Shown piece after piece: positions 9,514 through 19,589 of a stretch of DNA of 64,000 bases (the first letter of the stretch is position 1; the number at the start of each line of letters is the position of its first letter). The notes below the pieces were generated by a model, which was given only the letters and a program-made list of their open reading frames with translations, made no database searches and was not told the DNA's origin. Source of the stretch: a virus. The DNA lies in the IMG/VR virus record IMGVR_UViG_3300011113_000784, positions 32,001 to 96,000 of that record; one strand, 5' to 3'. The position numbers and the translations under genes were made by a program.

Positions 9514-10793
9514 TCCTCGATGCCTTCAACGGCATTTGTCACAGTTTTTACTATCGCATCAAGAATGTCTTGACCATACAATTCAACTATTTTTGGCAGG
9601 ATGTTTTTAACTACCAGCTTTAGAAGCACGGTAGAAATTCCACCCATCTTTTGGTCTTTGAGCATTTCTTGCACTTGTTCTTTGCTAAGGGCACTAGCAC
9701 CCAAAGTTTTTTCGGTTTGATAATTAGCTTGCATTTTGATTTCAGACAACATGCTGAGTAAGAAATCAAGCACATTTGGACCAAATTTCTTAATCATTTC
9801 CATGATGAAGGATACAGAAAAATTACTTCTTAATCCTTCAGCAATAGTTGAAAGAACTTCTGGACCATATTTGCCCACTAAATCGGTCACATCGCTTGCT
9901 GCCATGCCTTTGCTGATGGCATCGTTCTTAAGGTCTTCTACTTCATTTTCTGGATAAAAGTACTTCGTAGTTGACATGTCTGACTCCATAGAGGTTTTAA
10001 CTACTGGAACATCATCTGCTTTGTTTGGATCGTTTGGATCATCCAAAACTCCTTGGAATGCAAAACAATCTAGCTCTCTACCACCAAAAGCTTCTTTTCT
10101 TAGATAGCAATAGCCTTTGATACCAAAATTAGAACCCCAGCTATTTTGGACTTTTACTAACCAGCCATACTTGGGGTGGTTTTTTAAACCACAAGCAAGC
10201 ATTGAGTGTCCACCAAGAACACCTCTAGCAAGAGGAGCAATGCCTTCTGAATCTACGCTAGTAAAATTATCGCCAACATTGATTCCTATGTTGACGACAA
10301 AGCCAAGATTCAAGGCTTGACAAATTTGATTAAATGATGTGCATTTATAGGCTTGATCTAGTTTAAATCTTGCTGCATTATCATATGCTGCCTTGGTCAA
10401 GCTTTTCTTGTAATAAACTTTATCACTTGGGAATGCATCGGTCTCACAAATGCCATATTTCATAGATGCGCTCATGGCATCAGAAATATAAGCACCATCA
10501 TCTGCTCCACCATTAATCAATGCATACATGAAAAATGGGTTGAAATTCTTTTCAACATTTTGACGCTGCTTATAAAGTATTTCCATGCCTGTAGCTGTGG
10601 CATGAGCTACGCAACTACTTGTATTTCTTTGATTTAAAATTCGGTGGCTTTCCCAAGACAGATCAATATCTCTAAGGGGCAAGGGATCTGCACCCATGAA
10701 AGTTGTGCCGAATAGAGGCAAATCATTTTCTGGGCTAGGCTTATAAGAAAGTACACGATAATATCCATCAAAAAATATTGCTGGAAAACTCAT
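9510..10793 (-). CDS. papain-like C1A cysteine peptidase with C-terminal helical repeat extension
   Basis: NQ..TSSCVAHA, GGHSML and QNSWG catalytic Q/C/H/N motifs. Confidence 0.85.
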   Translation of the reverse strand: MSFPAIFFDGYYRVLSYKPSPENDLPLFGTTFMGADPLPLRDIDLSWESHRILNQRNTSSCVAHATATGMEILYKQRQNVEKNFNPFFMYALINGGADDGAYISDAMSASMKYGICETDAFPSDKVYYKKSLTKAAYDNAARFKLDQAYKCTSFNQICQALNLGFVVNIGINVGDNFTSVDSEGIAPLARGVLGGHSMLACGLKNHPKYGWLVKVQNSWGSNFGIKGYCYLRKEAFGGRELDCFAFQGVLDDPNDPNKADDVPVVKTSMESDMSTTKYFYPENEVEDLKNDAISKGMAASDVTDLVGKYGPEVLSTIAEGLRSNFSVSFIMEMIKKFGPNVLDFLLSMLSEIKMQANYQTEKTLGASALSKEQVQEMLKDQKMGGISTVLLKLVVKNILPKIVELYGQDILDAIVKTVTNAVEGIEE

Positions 10794-10794
10794 T

Positions 10795-11556
10795 TTATTC
10801 TCCCTTTGTGATCTTGTTTAGGACTTTGATTACATCTGCATCAGTCTTTGGGATTGCGCTGTAATACAATACTGTTCCGTCACTTTTCTGAACAACAAAC
10901 AAAGTGTTGCCAGTCTTTTTCAAAAGCGTGTCCATATTTTTTTCTTTTACAATTTTGCTATTAATGTCATAGACTTTATAAAAACTTTTAGTGTTATTGA
11001 TAATATCTCTTATTTCTTTGCTGTTTAACACAGATGCTATTTCAGGAGAAGATTGGTTGTAATCCGTTAGGAAGGTTACATGTATGCCTTCTGTTACTTT
11101 TTCAGGAGTTACTTCTGGATCAACTGGTACTGGCTTAACAGGATCAGGCTTAATAGGATCGGGTTTTACAGGGTCTGTTCCTTTAATAGTAATGTCTGTT
11201 CGTGCAAATTCAGTTAATTTGCCATCAGCTAAAGCAATTGCAAAAACATTAACAACGCCAGATGGTGGTACGGAAACAATTAGACTGTTGGTAACATCAT
11301 TTGCAACAAATTTTACTTTGCTATTTCCGATTACAAACCATTTTACTTGACCCTTTGATTTCGCTTGAATAAGCATAAATCCTTCATTTGGATCAACTGT
11401 AACTGGCTCAGGCAGTTCTAATCCTTCAACTTTATTGGGTACGGAGTAAATTGGTGATTTGGGTACGGCTGGAGGTTCTGATGGTGCAAGAACACCATCA
11501 GCGAAAATATTTGTAGCTAAAGTTAATAAACAAAAAATTCGAAGCAGAATATTCAT
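10795..11556 (-). CDS. exported protein with Pro-rich (KPDP) linker
   Basis: signal peptide, DPVKPDPIKPDPVKP linker, GGAG SD. Confidence 0.65.
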   Translation of the reverse strand: MNILLRIFCLLTLATNIFADGVLAPSEPPAVPKSPIYSVPNKVEGLELPEPVTVDPNEGFMLIQAKSKGQVKWFVIGNSKVKFVANDVTNSLIVSVPPSGVVNVFAIALADGKLTEFARTDITIKGTDPVKPDPIKPDPVKPVPVDPEVTPEKVTEGIHVTFLTDYNQSSPEIASVLNSKEIRDIINNTKSFYKVYDINSKIVKEKNMDTLLKKTGNTLFVVQKSDGTVLYYSAIPKTDADVIKVLNKITKGE

Positions 11557-11652
11557 AGCATCTCCAAATTATTGGATTATTCTTTCGATAACACAAAATA
11601 ATTGCGTTAATCTAATCGTAGTAATGTGTGCCTAGATCATACTGCTGTTAAT

Positions 11653-13014
11653 TTAGTGTGTTTCTTTATTAAATAACCACTCAGAAAAATTAAAATTTTT
11701 ATTTTCTTTTAGTTTTTTCAGTAGTTTTTCTCCACCTTTTTTGCCTTCGGGGGCACATTTTTTAGGATTTCTTTCACAGAAGGTATCAAAATATCTCGAT
11801 ACCTGTCTCAATGCAGCAATTAATTTTTTCCATTCAGGATTTTTCCCCAAATCTCTTACCAAGCCAGTATAGTAACCTCCAATTTCATAAACTTCATTGA
11901 AGGTATCAATAATAGCTTTGTCATATTTTTCATTTCCAAAATTGCATCCATTTGTTTTTAAAATGCCCACAACATCGTTCATAATTTTTTTCCAGTTGTT
12001 TTTTCCTAAATGCTTTATATTTTCAGGATGTTCTTCATAGTAAGACATTTTACGAGGTAATGCTTTAAATTTGTATAATCTCTTTATAGTGTCTAAAACT
12101 GAGAACGGAAATTCTTTGTTGGAGACTTTATCTAATATTTGCACTGCCATGTTGTCAAAACTACTTATAAAGTTTTTACCAACTGTCCCGCTCATAATTT
12201 TTTCTTCTTCTGGTTCAGGTGCTGGTCCTTTACGGAACATTTCGCCAGCAATTGGTTCACCAGCAGCCAGAGCCCTTCTTCTTTCTTCTTCTTCAGCCAC
12301 TTCTCTTTCTTCTGCTTCTCTTCTTTTTTCTTCAGCTTTTTTAACCTGCTCTTTTCTCTTTGTTTCTGTTTCTGTTTCTTTCTCTATTTCATCTTCTGCT
12401 TTTGGCTTTTCTAATGCATAAGCATATGGAGATATTCTTTCTGGGAAACCAGCACCAGTTCTTATGTCTGGAGCGCCATAACCTTTCATTTCTGGTTTTG
12501 ATTCTGGTTTTGATTCCTTGGGTGTTTGCACATCTTTTTTAGTTGATGCAGTGCTACTACTAGCAGATCTTGTTGTTGTCTTTCTTGTGCTGGTTGGAAT
12601 TGTTTCAGATTGCTTTTCAACTTCTGCTGGTTTCAGACTTTTCTTTTGTATTGAATATGTGACAAAATTATCTGTATTGTTTCTCAAATTTTGCAGAACT
12701 GTCTGGGCTTGCAATTTGTCGCCAGTATATTTTTCCACACTGTTGGCAAATGTTCTATAAGCAAAATCTAATTGATTTCTTAATGTTTGTTCTGCTTGGT
12801 CGATATCAGCAGTTCCATAACCTGCTCTGAATCCATGATAAAGACCTTTTAACGCACCACCAATACCACTAAAAATATCTTCTGATAAAATTGCACCAGA
12901 ATTTATTTGTTGTGATAATTTCAATAAATGTGAAGGATGAATTTTTTTCTCCACCAAAAAATCAATAAATTTTTTGTCGAATACTTTTTTATCTAAAGCG
13001 TTAAGCATTTTCAT
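11653..13014 (-). CDS. putative virion/internal head protein
   Basis: 453 aa; charged linker, Gly-rich amphipathic segment, C-terminal LKE..FSEWL motif. Confidence 0.55.
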   Translation of the reverse strand: MKMLNALDKKVFDKKFIDFLVEKKIHPSHLLKLSQQINSGAILSEDIFSGIGGALKGLYHGFRAGYGTADIDQAEQTLRNQLDFAYRTFANSVEKYTGDKLQAQTVLQNLRNNTDNFVTYSIQKKSLKPAEVEKQSETIPTSTRKTTTRSASSSTASTKKDVQTPKESKPESKPEMKGYGAPDIRTGAGFPERISPYAYALEKPKAEDEIEKETETETKRKEQVKKAEEKRREAEEREVAEEEERRRALAAGEPIAGEMFRKGPAPEPEEEKIMSGTVGKNFISSFDNMAVQILDKVSNKEFPFSVLDTIKRLYKFKALPRKMSYYEEHPENIKHLGKNNWKKIMNDVVGILKTNGCNFGNEKYDKAIIDTFNEVYEIGGYYTGLVRDLGKNPEWKKLIAALRQVSRYFDTFCERNPKKCAPEGKKGGEKLLKKLKENKNFNFSEWLFNKETH

Positions 13015-13041
13015 ACCTCTGTCTATAACTCTATTTACTTT

Positions 13042-14424
13042 ATGGACAGATTTTTTTCTAATTTTTTTGATAAGCTTTATTCGTCAAATTTAACGATAAA
13101 TGTCATTGGCGATGTGTTAATTGATGAATATTATCAGGTAGAAGTTGATCGTATTAGTCCAGAGTTTCCAATCCCAATACATTCTTCCCAAACAGAGGAA
13201 GCCTCCAAAATTCTCTGTGGTGGTGCTGCAAATGTTGCCGCACAATTTAAAAATTTTGGCGTTAAAGTTAATCTTATATCATTGATTAATCCAAAAACTC
13301 AAGAAATATGTGAATTTAGTGGAATCAACACAAATAATTCAATTGTTGACCCATTAATTAAAAATCCTATTAAAAAGAGATTCTATAAAGATTTTCATCC
13401 TTTAATCAGATGGGATGTAGAACAAATCAATTTTGGTTTACCCAATGTTGGCGATTATCTTGAAAAAATTGATATTCCTGATGCGGATATTAATATTTTT
13501 TCTGATTATGACAAAGGTTTGTTTGCCACAAATTGGCATCAAAAGTTTTTCAAGAAAACAAAGTCTTTAGTTGATCCAAAGAAAAAATTTAATATATGGG
13601 AAAATTGTTATTTGTTCAAACCCAATGCTATTGAAGCTCAAAGTTTTGTATCAAAAAATAATGTGGAAGATCAATTAAAGTGGATAAAATCACTTCTTAA
13701 TTGCGAAAATGTTGTAATTACTGATTCTGGAAATGGTGTAAGCGCAATAGACGATAATGATAATTTGTATTATGTGACTCCACATAAAAAGGTTATAAAG
13801 CCAGAATCAGTTATTGGCGCTGGTGATTGCTTTATGGCTTTTCTTGCCATGTCAATTGGATTGAACATCGATTTGATGGATTGCTTAAGCATAGCATTTG
13901 AAGCTGGAACTAATTATGTGGCAAACAGATACAATAAGCCGCTAAATCCTTGTGATTTCTTTTTAGAAGATAAAGTCATCACTAATCCTGCCATTTTGAA
14001 AAACAGAGATTTTAATTTAGTGTGGAGTAATGGTTGCATGGATATCATGCACAGCGGACATATTCATTCTTTAAAATATGCAAAATCTTTAGGAGACAAG
14101 CTTTGTGTCGGAATTAATTCTGATGAAAGTATTAAACGATTGAAGGGCAATAATCGTCCTATTGTTTCTTTGCAAAACAGAATTGAAATGTTGAAGGCTC
14201 TTGATTGTGTTGATTTTATTGTTGTTTTAGAAGATGATTATCCACAAAAAATAATAGAACAAATAAATCCGAATGTTTTGGTAAAAGGAGAAGATTGGAA
14301 AGGTAAAGATGTAGCGGGTGCAAACATTGTTGATCGTGTTGAATATTTCCCCTTGGTTCAGGGGATGTCAACAACCAGCATAATTGAAAAAATTATTGAT
14401 GTTTATGGACAAGGTGATTCTTAA
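13042..14424 (+). CDS. hldE: bifunctional heptose-7-phosphate kinase / heptose-1-phosphate adenylyltransferase
   Basis: VIGD..IDEY...RISPE.P, GGAANVA, SDY.KG and GAGD kinase motifs, then NGCMDIMHSGH, NSD.S..RLKG..RP, KG.DW and STT. Confidence 0.92.
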   Translation: MDRFFSNFFDKLYSSNLTINVIGDVLIDEYYQVEVDRISPEFPIPIHSSQTEEASKILCGGAANVAAQFKNFGVKVNLISLINPKTQEICEFSGINTNNSIVDPLIKNPIKKRFYKDFHPLIRWDVEQINFGLPNVGDYLEKIDIPDADINIFSDYDKGLFATNWHQKFFKKTKSLVDPKKKFNIWENCYLFKPNAIEAQSFVSKNNVEDQLKWIKSLLNCENVVITDSGNGVSAIDDNDNLYYVTPHKKVIKPESVIGAGDCFMAFLAMSIGLNIDLMDCLSIAFEAGTNYVANRYNKPLNPCDFFLEDKVITNPAILKNRDFNLVWSNGCMDIMHSGHIHSLKYAKSLGDKLCVGINSDESIKRLKGNNRPIVSLQNRIEMLKALDCVDFIVVLEDDYPQKIIEQINPNVLVKGEDWKGKDVAGANIVDRVEYFPLVQGMSTTSIIEKIIDVYGQGDS

Positions 14425-14521
14425 TAAATGGGCAATAGTGACATTGTCCAATAATTGTGGCAGTAATGCCAGTGAAAAGACCAAGAATAAAGGCAACTAA
14501 CAAAGTAATAAGCGTTTTCAT
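14393..14521 (-). CDS. small membrane peptide (42 aa, not in ORF track)
   Basis: GGAGGAG SD; MKTLITLLVAFILGLFTGITATIIG... Confidence 0.55.
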   Translation of the reverse strand: MKTLITLLVAFILGLFTGITATIIGQCHYCPFIKNHLVHKHQ

Positions 14522-14549
14522 TTTTGTCTCCTCCATTCTAAATATAGAT

Positions 14550-14873
14550 ATGTTATCATTTAAACAGTTTTTAAATTATATTGAAGAACAGACAACTACT
14601 GTTCCTGTTGTTCCGACTAAACCTACTTCTACTGGAACAAAGCCAGCAACAACAGCACCTAAGATTCCTGATGCTACAAGAAAAAAATTAGATTCTGCTG
14701 CCGTCCGCAATACTGCTGCTATTAGGTTATATCAAACAGGCAAAACACAACAAGCAGTCGATGCATTGAGAAAAGACCCAAATTTTTTGCTGGCAATGCA
14801 AGATTTAACTAAGACAAGCGCCCCGGCTACCGCTTCTCAGTTGGTAAATGTTGCATTAGGTGGAAATCCATGA
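14550..14873 (+). CDS. putative internal head protein
   Basis: MLSFKQFLNYIEE CTS-like start just after CTAAATA. Confidence 0.6.
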   Translation: MLSFKQFLNYIEEQTTTVPVVPTKPTSTGTKPATTAPKIPDATRKKLDSAAVRNTAAIRLYQTGKTQQAVDALRKDPNFLLAMQDLTKTSAPATASQLVNVALGGNP

Positions 14874-15016
14874 CTTTTAAAGAATTTTTAAAATTGGAAG
14901 AAGCTAATGGACATGGAGGAAAACGCCATAACTCTTTCACTGTTCTAAGGATGAATTATCGTAATCCTCAACCGACTTCTGCTAAAAAGCAAATGAAAAA
15001 ACTATTTAAGATTTAA
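14870..15016 (+). CDS. small putative internal head protein (48 aa, not in ORF track)
   Basis: MTFKEFLKLEE start; ATGA overlap upstream and TAATG overlap downstream. Confidence 0.6.
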   Translation: MTFKEFLKLEEANGHGGKRHNSFTVLRMNYRNPQPTSAKKQMKKLFKI

Positions 15017-15603
15017 TGCTTCTCTTTCCAAAACAAAATTATCAAAAGTTTAATTTGGGTATTATTGTACCTCCTCGTAAGCCCCACGATATTCTTTCGT
15101 TTCTTTGTTGGTTCTCATTTTTTAAGTTTTTGCCAAAAGTAAAACCAATTATTATTGTTGCAGGTAATCCACCTGTTGACTTTGCATCTTGGGCTAGAAA
15201 ACTTAATTTTCCTGTTTTTTATGCACACGAATGCTTTCATCCAAATCAAATAGTAGATCTCGATATATGGGATGAATCATATGCAATAGTTATTTCTAAT
15301 GTTTTTTGCATGAGGAAGTTCCAATTAAATAAAAATTTTGATAGTGATTTTATGGTTCTTAGATCAAAAACTCCAAATAATAAGGATTTTTTGATAGAAG
15401 ATATAAAAAATAACAATTATTGTCATGCTGTTTTCTGGGATATCAAAAATAATTTTGAAGAAGTTAGAGATAGTCTAATAAATAATATCGGCATATTCCC
15501 TAAAGATAAAAGTTTAAATCAAATTAAACTGGAATCTATATGGGAAGATGCGAAAAACATAAGAACTCTTTTAAATCAGGAGGTTCGCCATGAAGAGATT
15601 TGA
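15016..15603 (+). CDS. hypothetical protein
   Basis: 195-aa ORF. Confidence 0.6.
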   Translation: MLLFPKQNYQKFNLGIIVPPRKPHDILSFLCWFSFFKFLPKVKPIIIVAGNPPVDFASWARKLNFPVFYAHECFHPNQIVDLDIWDESYAIVISNVFCMRKFQLNKNFDSDFMVLRSKTPNNKDFLIEDIKNNNYCHAVFWDIKNNFEEVRDSLINNIGIFPKDKSLNQIKLESIWEDAKNIRTLLNQEVRHEEI

Positions 15604-15862
15604 GTTTACTTATGGCGATGGCGAGTTCGATGATGAGGACGAAGATCAAGAAGATCAAGAAGGAAACTTTATTGATTCTCAAATGCTTGCCATGCAGATG
15701 GAACAAAATGTTCTTATAGAACAAGAAATACAAGCAAAGCTTTTAGAAGAAGCTTATAAAATTTGTAAAGGATCTTGGATGTGGTCGTTTATGTCGATAC
15801 CTTCCAGAATGAAAAAAGTAAAAATTGTATACGAGGAAATAAAAAAAATTATTAACGAATAA
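15590..15862 (+). CDS. acidic hypothetical protein
   Basis: AGGAGG SD; D/E-rich N-terminus. Confidence 0.7.
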   Translation: MKRFEFTYGDGEFDDEDEDQEDQEGNFIDSQMLAMQMEQNVLIEQEIQAKLLEEAYKICKGSWMWSFMSIPSRMKKVKIVYEEIKKIINE

Positions 15863-15908
15863 ATTTTTTAGACTATATTAATTTAATTATGGTCTAAGGG
15901 TTATAATC

Positions 15909-16235
15909 TTGCCTACATATAATTTCGAATGCAAGAACTGCAATAAAATCTATGAGACACTAGCATCATTCGACCAAACAGGCAAGTATGCTAGTGTCTC
16001 TTGTCCTCATTGCAATTCTAAGAAAAAGAAAAAATTGCTTAATGACGCTAATATCAAATTTGCTCAACCAAAAGATACGAGCAAGTTTGATAATTTCAAC
16101 TATCGTGCAGGCTATAACTTAGAACAAGCACAGAATCTTCGTAGGGATGCACAAGCTGCATCGCACATGGGCACAGATCCATATAGAGCGATTGATGATA
16201 TTAACAGTGGTGAAAATTTTGGCGAAGTGAAATAA
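15909..16235 (+). CDS. FmdB-family zinc-ribbon protein
   Basis: MPTYNFECKNC...CPHCNS. Confidence 0.85.
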   Translation: MPTYNFECKNCNKIYETLASFDQTGKYASVSCPHCNSKKKKKLLNDANIKFAQPKDTSKFDNFNYRAGYNLEQAQNLRRDAQAASHMGTDPYRAIDDINSGENFGEVK

Positions 16236-16263
16236 TTGACACTAATTTATGGTGCATTATATT
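16236..16263 (+). promoter_or_regulatory. sigma70-type promoter of the prkA operon
   Basis: TTGACA-16 nt-TATATT. Confidence 0.65.
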
Positions 16264-16304
16264 AAGTTTAAGTATTCTTGAATTACACGGAGAGGTAAAT
16301 CGAC

Positions 16305-18380
16305 ATGGTTACTTTGAGCCAATTTGTAGATAAGAGCAAGTTAGAACAATTTAATAAATTAAATGAAGTGATTGGTTTTGAGGAGTACCTTAACAGGTGC
16401 TATGCTAATCCAAAACTTGTCAGAAATTCACATCAAAGAATTTATGACATGATTGTCTCGCAAGGCACATCTGAAATTGAAAAATATCGCAAGAAGGTGA
16501 CAGTTTATAACTTCTTTGAAAAGCATGAACAAATTAAAGTGTTCGGCATCGAAGAGCAACTTGAATCACTTGTTGCTCACTATAAGGGCGCTGCTGGTAG
16601 CTATGGACCAGAAAAGCGCATTCTTCTTCTCTGCGGTCCTGTAGGATCTGCAAAGTCTACAATCGTTCGTCTCATCAAGCGCAGCATGGAAGATTATTCT
16701 CAAACTGATGCTGGCACATGGTTTACCTATCGCTGGATTAATCTTCCTACTGGTGGCGATGGTATTTACACATCTGACACTTGTGAATGCCCAATGAATG
16801 AAGAGCCTTTAAAGCTTCTTCCATTTGATGTTCGCAAGAAGATTCTTGATGAACTTAATGCTATTCACAAAGAGCAAGCTGACGCATCCCAGCGCACAAC
16901 GCTCTACTCACTTGATGTTAAAGGCGAAATTAATCCTAAGTGCAAGTTCTTCTACGACAAGCTTCTTGAAAAGTATAACGGTGATTGGTCACAAGTTATT
17001 TCTAATCACATTGAAGTAGTTCGTAAAACTTACAATGAAGCCAAGCGTGTCGGTATTGCTTCTTTCCAACCAAAAGATGAGAAGAATCAAGATAGCACTG
17101 AATTGACTGGCGATATTAACTTTGCGTTGCTTCCAACATTTGGTAGCGATTCTGATCCAAGGTGTTTTAACTTTGATGGTGAGTTTGAAGTTGCCAATCG
17201 TGGCATCATTGAATTCATCGAAATGTTAAAGCTTGAAGTTGCATTCCTTTACGATCTCTTGGGTGCTTCACAAGAGCAATCTATTAAGCCCAAAAAGTAT
17301 TCTCAAATTTCAATCGATGAGTCGATCATCGGGCATACAAACATGCCTGAATATGAAAAGTTAAAGAATAACCAGTTCATGGAAGCTCTCAAGGACCGTA
17401 CTGTTCGTATTGAGATTCCTTATCTCCTTGAATGGAGCAAAGAACTCAAAGTTCTTGAGCAAGATTATAACTCCGATAAGATTAAGCAGCATATTGCTCC
17501 TCATACTCTTGAAATTGCTGCTTTGTTTGCTGTCCTTACCAGACTTGAGGACGATAAGGACAACAAGATCACTATTACGGAGAAGGCTGATCTTTATGAT
17601 GGCAAGATGCTTCCCGGTTGGACTGTAGATAGAGTTAAGGAACTACGAGACAAGAACCCAGCCGAAGGCATGGTCGGGCTTTCTGCTCGTTATGTTCAAG
17701 ACAAGGTTTCTTCTACTTTGTCTAGCCGACATGATTATATTAATCCATTCATGGTCCTTAATGCTCTTAAGAGCGGTCTTGATAACCACTCGTTGATTAC
17801 AAACAAGGATCTTGTTCGCAAGTATCAGAACTGCATTACTTTGGCTACAAAGAAGCTAGATGATATTCTCAAGAATGAGGTTCAAAAAGCCTTGGTTGGT
17901 GACGAAGAAGCTATCGTGAGGTTGTGTGCTAACTATATCGATAACCTCATGGCTTATATCAACAAGGCAAAGATCCTTAATAAGATTACTGGCAGGGAAG
18001 AAACTGCTGATGAAAAGTTGATGCGATCAATTGAATCTAAGATTGATGTGCCAGAATCAACCTGTGATGACTTCCGTAGAATGATTGCAGCTTTCATCGG
18101 TGACCTTGCGGTTAAGGGCAAGACTTTTCGATGGGATAGCAATCCCCTTCTTAAGAGAGCTTTGGAATCCAAGTTGTTTGAAGATACAAAGGATCATATT
18201 AAGCTAAGTGCTTTTTCTTCTGGCGCAAGTACAGTTGATCCTGATGTTCAGAAGAAAATTGATGCTGTAAAGCAGCGTTTGGTTGATAAATACGGTTATA
18301 ACGATCAGTCTGCCACAGATGTTCTAGATTATGTTTCTAGCATCTTTGCCAGAGGCGATCTTGCAGACGATAACGACTAA
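16305..18380 (+). CDS. prkA: PrkA/YeaG AAA+ serine kinase-family ATPase
   Basis: KRILLLCGPVGSAKST, F.PKDEKNQDSTELTGD, SDPR.F.FDGE...ANRG..EF.E, G.SARY. Confidence 0.93.
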   Translation: MVTLSQFVDKSKLEQFNKLNEVIGFEEYLNRCYANPKLVRNSHQRIYDMIVSQGTSEIEKYRKKVTVYNFFEKHEQIKVFGIEEQLESLVAHYKGAAGSYGPEKRILLLCGPVGSAKSTIVRLIKRSMEDYSQTDAGTWFTYRWINLPTGGDGIYTSDTCECPMNEEPLKLLPFDVRKKILDELNAIHKEQADASQRTTLYSLDVKGEINPKCKFFYDKLLEKYNGDWSQVISNHIEVVRKTYNEAKRVGIASFQPKDEKNQDSTELTGDINFALLPTFGSDSDPRCFNFDGEFEVANRGIIEFIEMLKLEVAFLYDLLGASQEQSIKPKKYSQISIDESIIGHTNMPEYEKLKNNQFMEALKDRTVRIEIPYLLEWSKELKVLEQDYNSDKIKQHIAPHTLEIAALFAVLTRLEDDKDNKITITEKADLYDGKMLPGWTVDRVKELRDKNPAEGMVGLSARYVQDKVSSTLSSRHDYINPFMVLNALKSGLDNHSLITNKDLVRKYQNCITLATKKLDDILKNEVQKALVGDEEAIVRLCANYIDNLMAYINKAKILNKITGREETADEKLMRSIESKIDVPESTCDDFRRMIAAFIGDLAVKGKTFRWDSNPLLKRALESKLFEDTKDHIKLSAFSSGASTVDPDVQKKIDAVKQRLVDKYGYNDQSATDVLDYVSSIFARGDLADDND

Positions 18381-18395
18381 TATGAGGACTAACAA

Positions 18396-19589
18396 ATGCC
18401 TCGCCGTATTGATTCTGACCATAAAGACTTCAGAGATGTAGTCAGTGGCAGAATTAGAAAAAATCTAAAAAAGTTTATCAAGAGTGGCGAAATATTTCGC
18501 CACCGTGGTAAAAATGGCAAAGTATCAATAAAGATTCCTGCAATTGATATCCCTCACTTTCTTCACGGCAAGAACCCTAATGGGGTAGGTCGTGGAGAAG
18601 GACAAGAAGGAGATACTGTTGGCAAGGACAAGGGGCAAGGTCAAGGACAAGGAAACGGCGCTGGTCAGGATGAAAGCGAAGGCGTAATTGTTCAGCTAGA
18701 TATGGAGGACATCCTTCACTTCATGAAGGATGAATTGATGCTTCCTAATCTCAAACCTAAGCAACAAGCCAACCTTGAAGATGTAAAAATTAAGTATAAT
18801 AATATCTCTCTAGTTGGTCCAGAATCACTTAGGCATACTCGTCGCACAATGTTAACTGCGATGAAGCGCCTTTGCGGTACTGGCGAAATCAATAATTTAT
18901 ATGAAATTCCCGGCATTAAAGATAAAGTCAAAATGATCAATCCGATTAATTCGGATAAGAGATATCGTCAATATAAAGAGATTAGATTTCCTTCCAGCAA
19001 TGCTGTTGTTATTTTTGCTCGTGATGCCAGTGGATCAATGGATGATCGTAAAGTGGCAGTTGTTTCTGATATGGCTTATTGGATTGATGTTTATATTAGG
19101 AATTTCTATGAACGAGTTGAGAGGCTTTATGTTTGGCACGATGTAGCTGCCCATGAAGTTGATGCAAAAGATTTTTATCGAATCAGAAATGGTGGTGGCA
19201 CTACTTGTTCTACTGCTTTAGAATTAGTTGCCAAACAATTTGAAAACAGATTTCCTCCTAAAAATTGGAATATTTATTTCTTTTATTTCACTGATGGTGA
19301 AAATTACGATAATGACAACGATGTTTTTACGACTTTGTTAAAGAAAGAGTTTCCTCAAAATATTGTTAATCTTGTTTCTATAACTCAAATTGGTGCTTAT
19401 TCTTACAAAAACAGTGTTGCTGAGGTAGTTGAAAAAGAAATTGTTGAAGGTGGCTTAGATGATAATGTAATTGTTACAGAAATTCCATTTGATGCAATTA
19501 ACAATGAAGAAAAAAGAAATGAAGCTATATTAAAAGCAATAAAAGATATATTGGGCAACCCGTTTAAAAGCGCCAATGAGGTTTTCTAA
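18396..19589 (+). CDS. yeaH: YeaH/YhbH (DUF444) vWA-like protein
   Basis: P F.HG...GVG.G.G, L.LPNL.PK, D.RYR, DASGSM, GGGT..S, FTDGEN. Confidence 0.9.
   Translation: MPRRIDSDHKDFRDVVSGRIRKNLKKFIKSGEIFRHRGKNGKVSIKIPAIDIPHFLHGKNPNGVGRGEGQEGDTVGKDKGQGQGQGNGAGQDESEGVIVQLDMEDILHFMKDELMLPNLKPKQQANLEDVKIKYNNISLVGPESLRHTRRTMLTAMKRLCGTGEINNLYEIPGIKDKVKMINPINSDKRYRQYKEIRFPSSNAVVIFARDASGSMDDRKVAVVSDMAYWIDVYIRNFYERVERLYVWHDVAAHEVDAKDFYRIRNGGGTTCSTALELVAKQFENRFPPKNWNIYFFYFTDGENYDNDNDVFTTLLKKEFPQNIVNLVSITQIGAYSYKNSVAEVVEKEIVEGGLDDNVIVTEIPFDAINNEEKRNEAILKAIKDILGNPFKSANEVF

Noticed and set aside
9736-12760. Antisense and alternate-frame ORFs in the track (e.g. 9736, 10117, 11084, 12071, 12139, and similar ones over prkA, spoVR, dnaE and the fibre genes)
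   Set aside because: They are shadows of well-supported genes, with no initiation signals or motifs.
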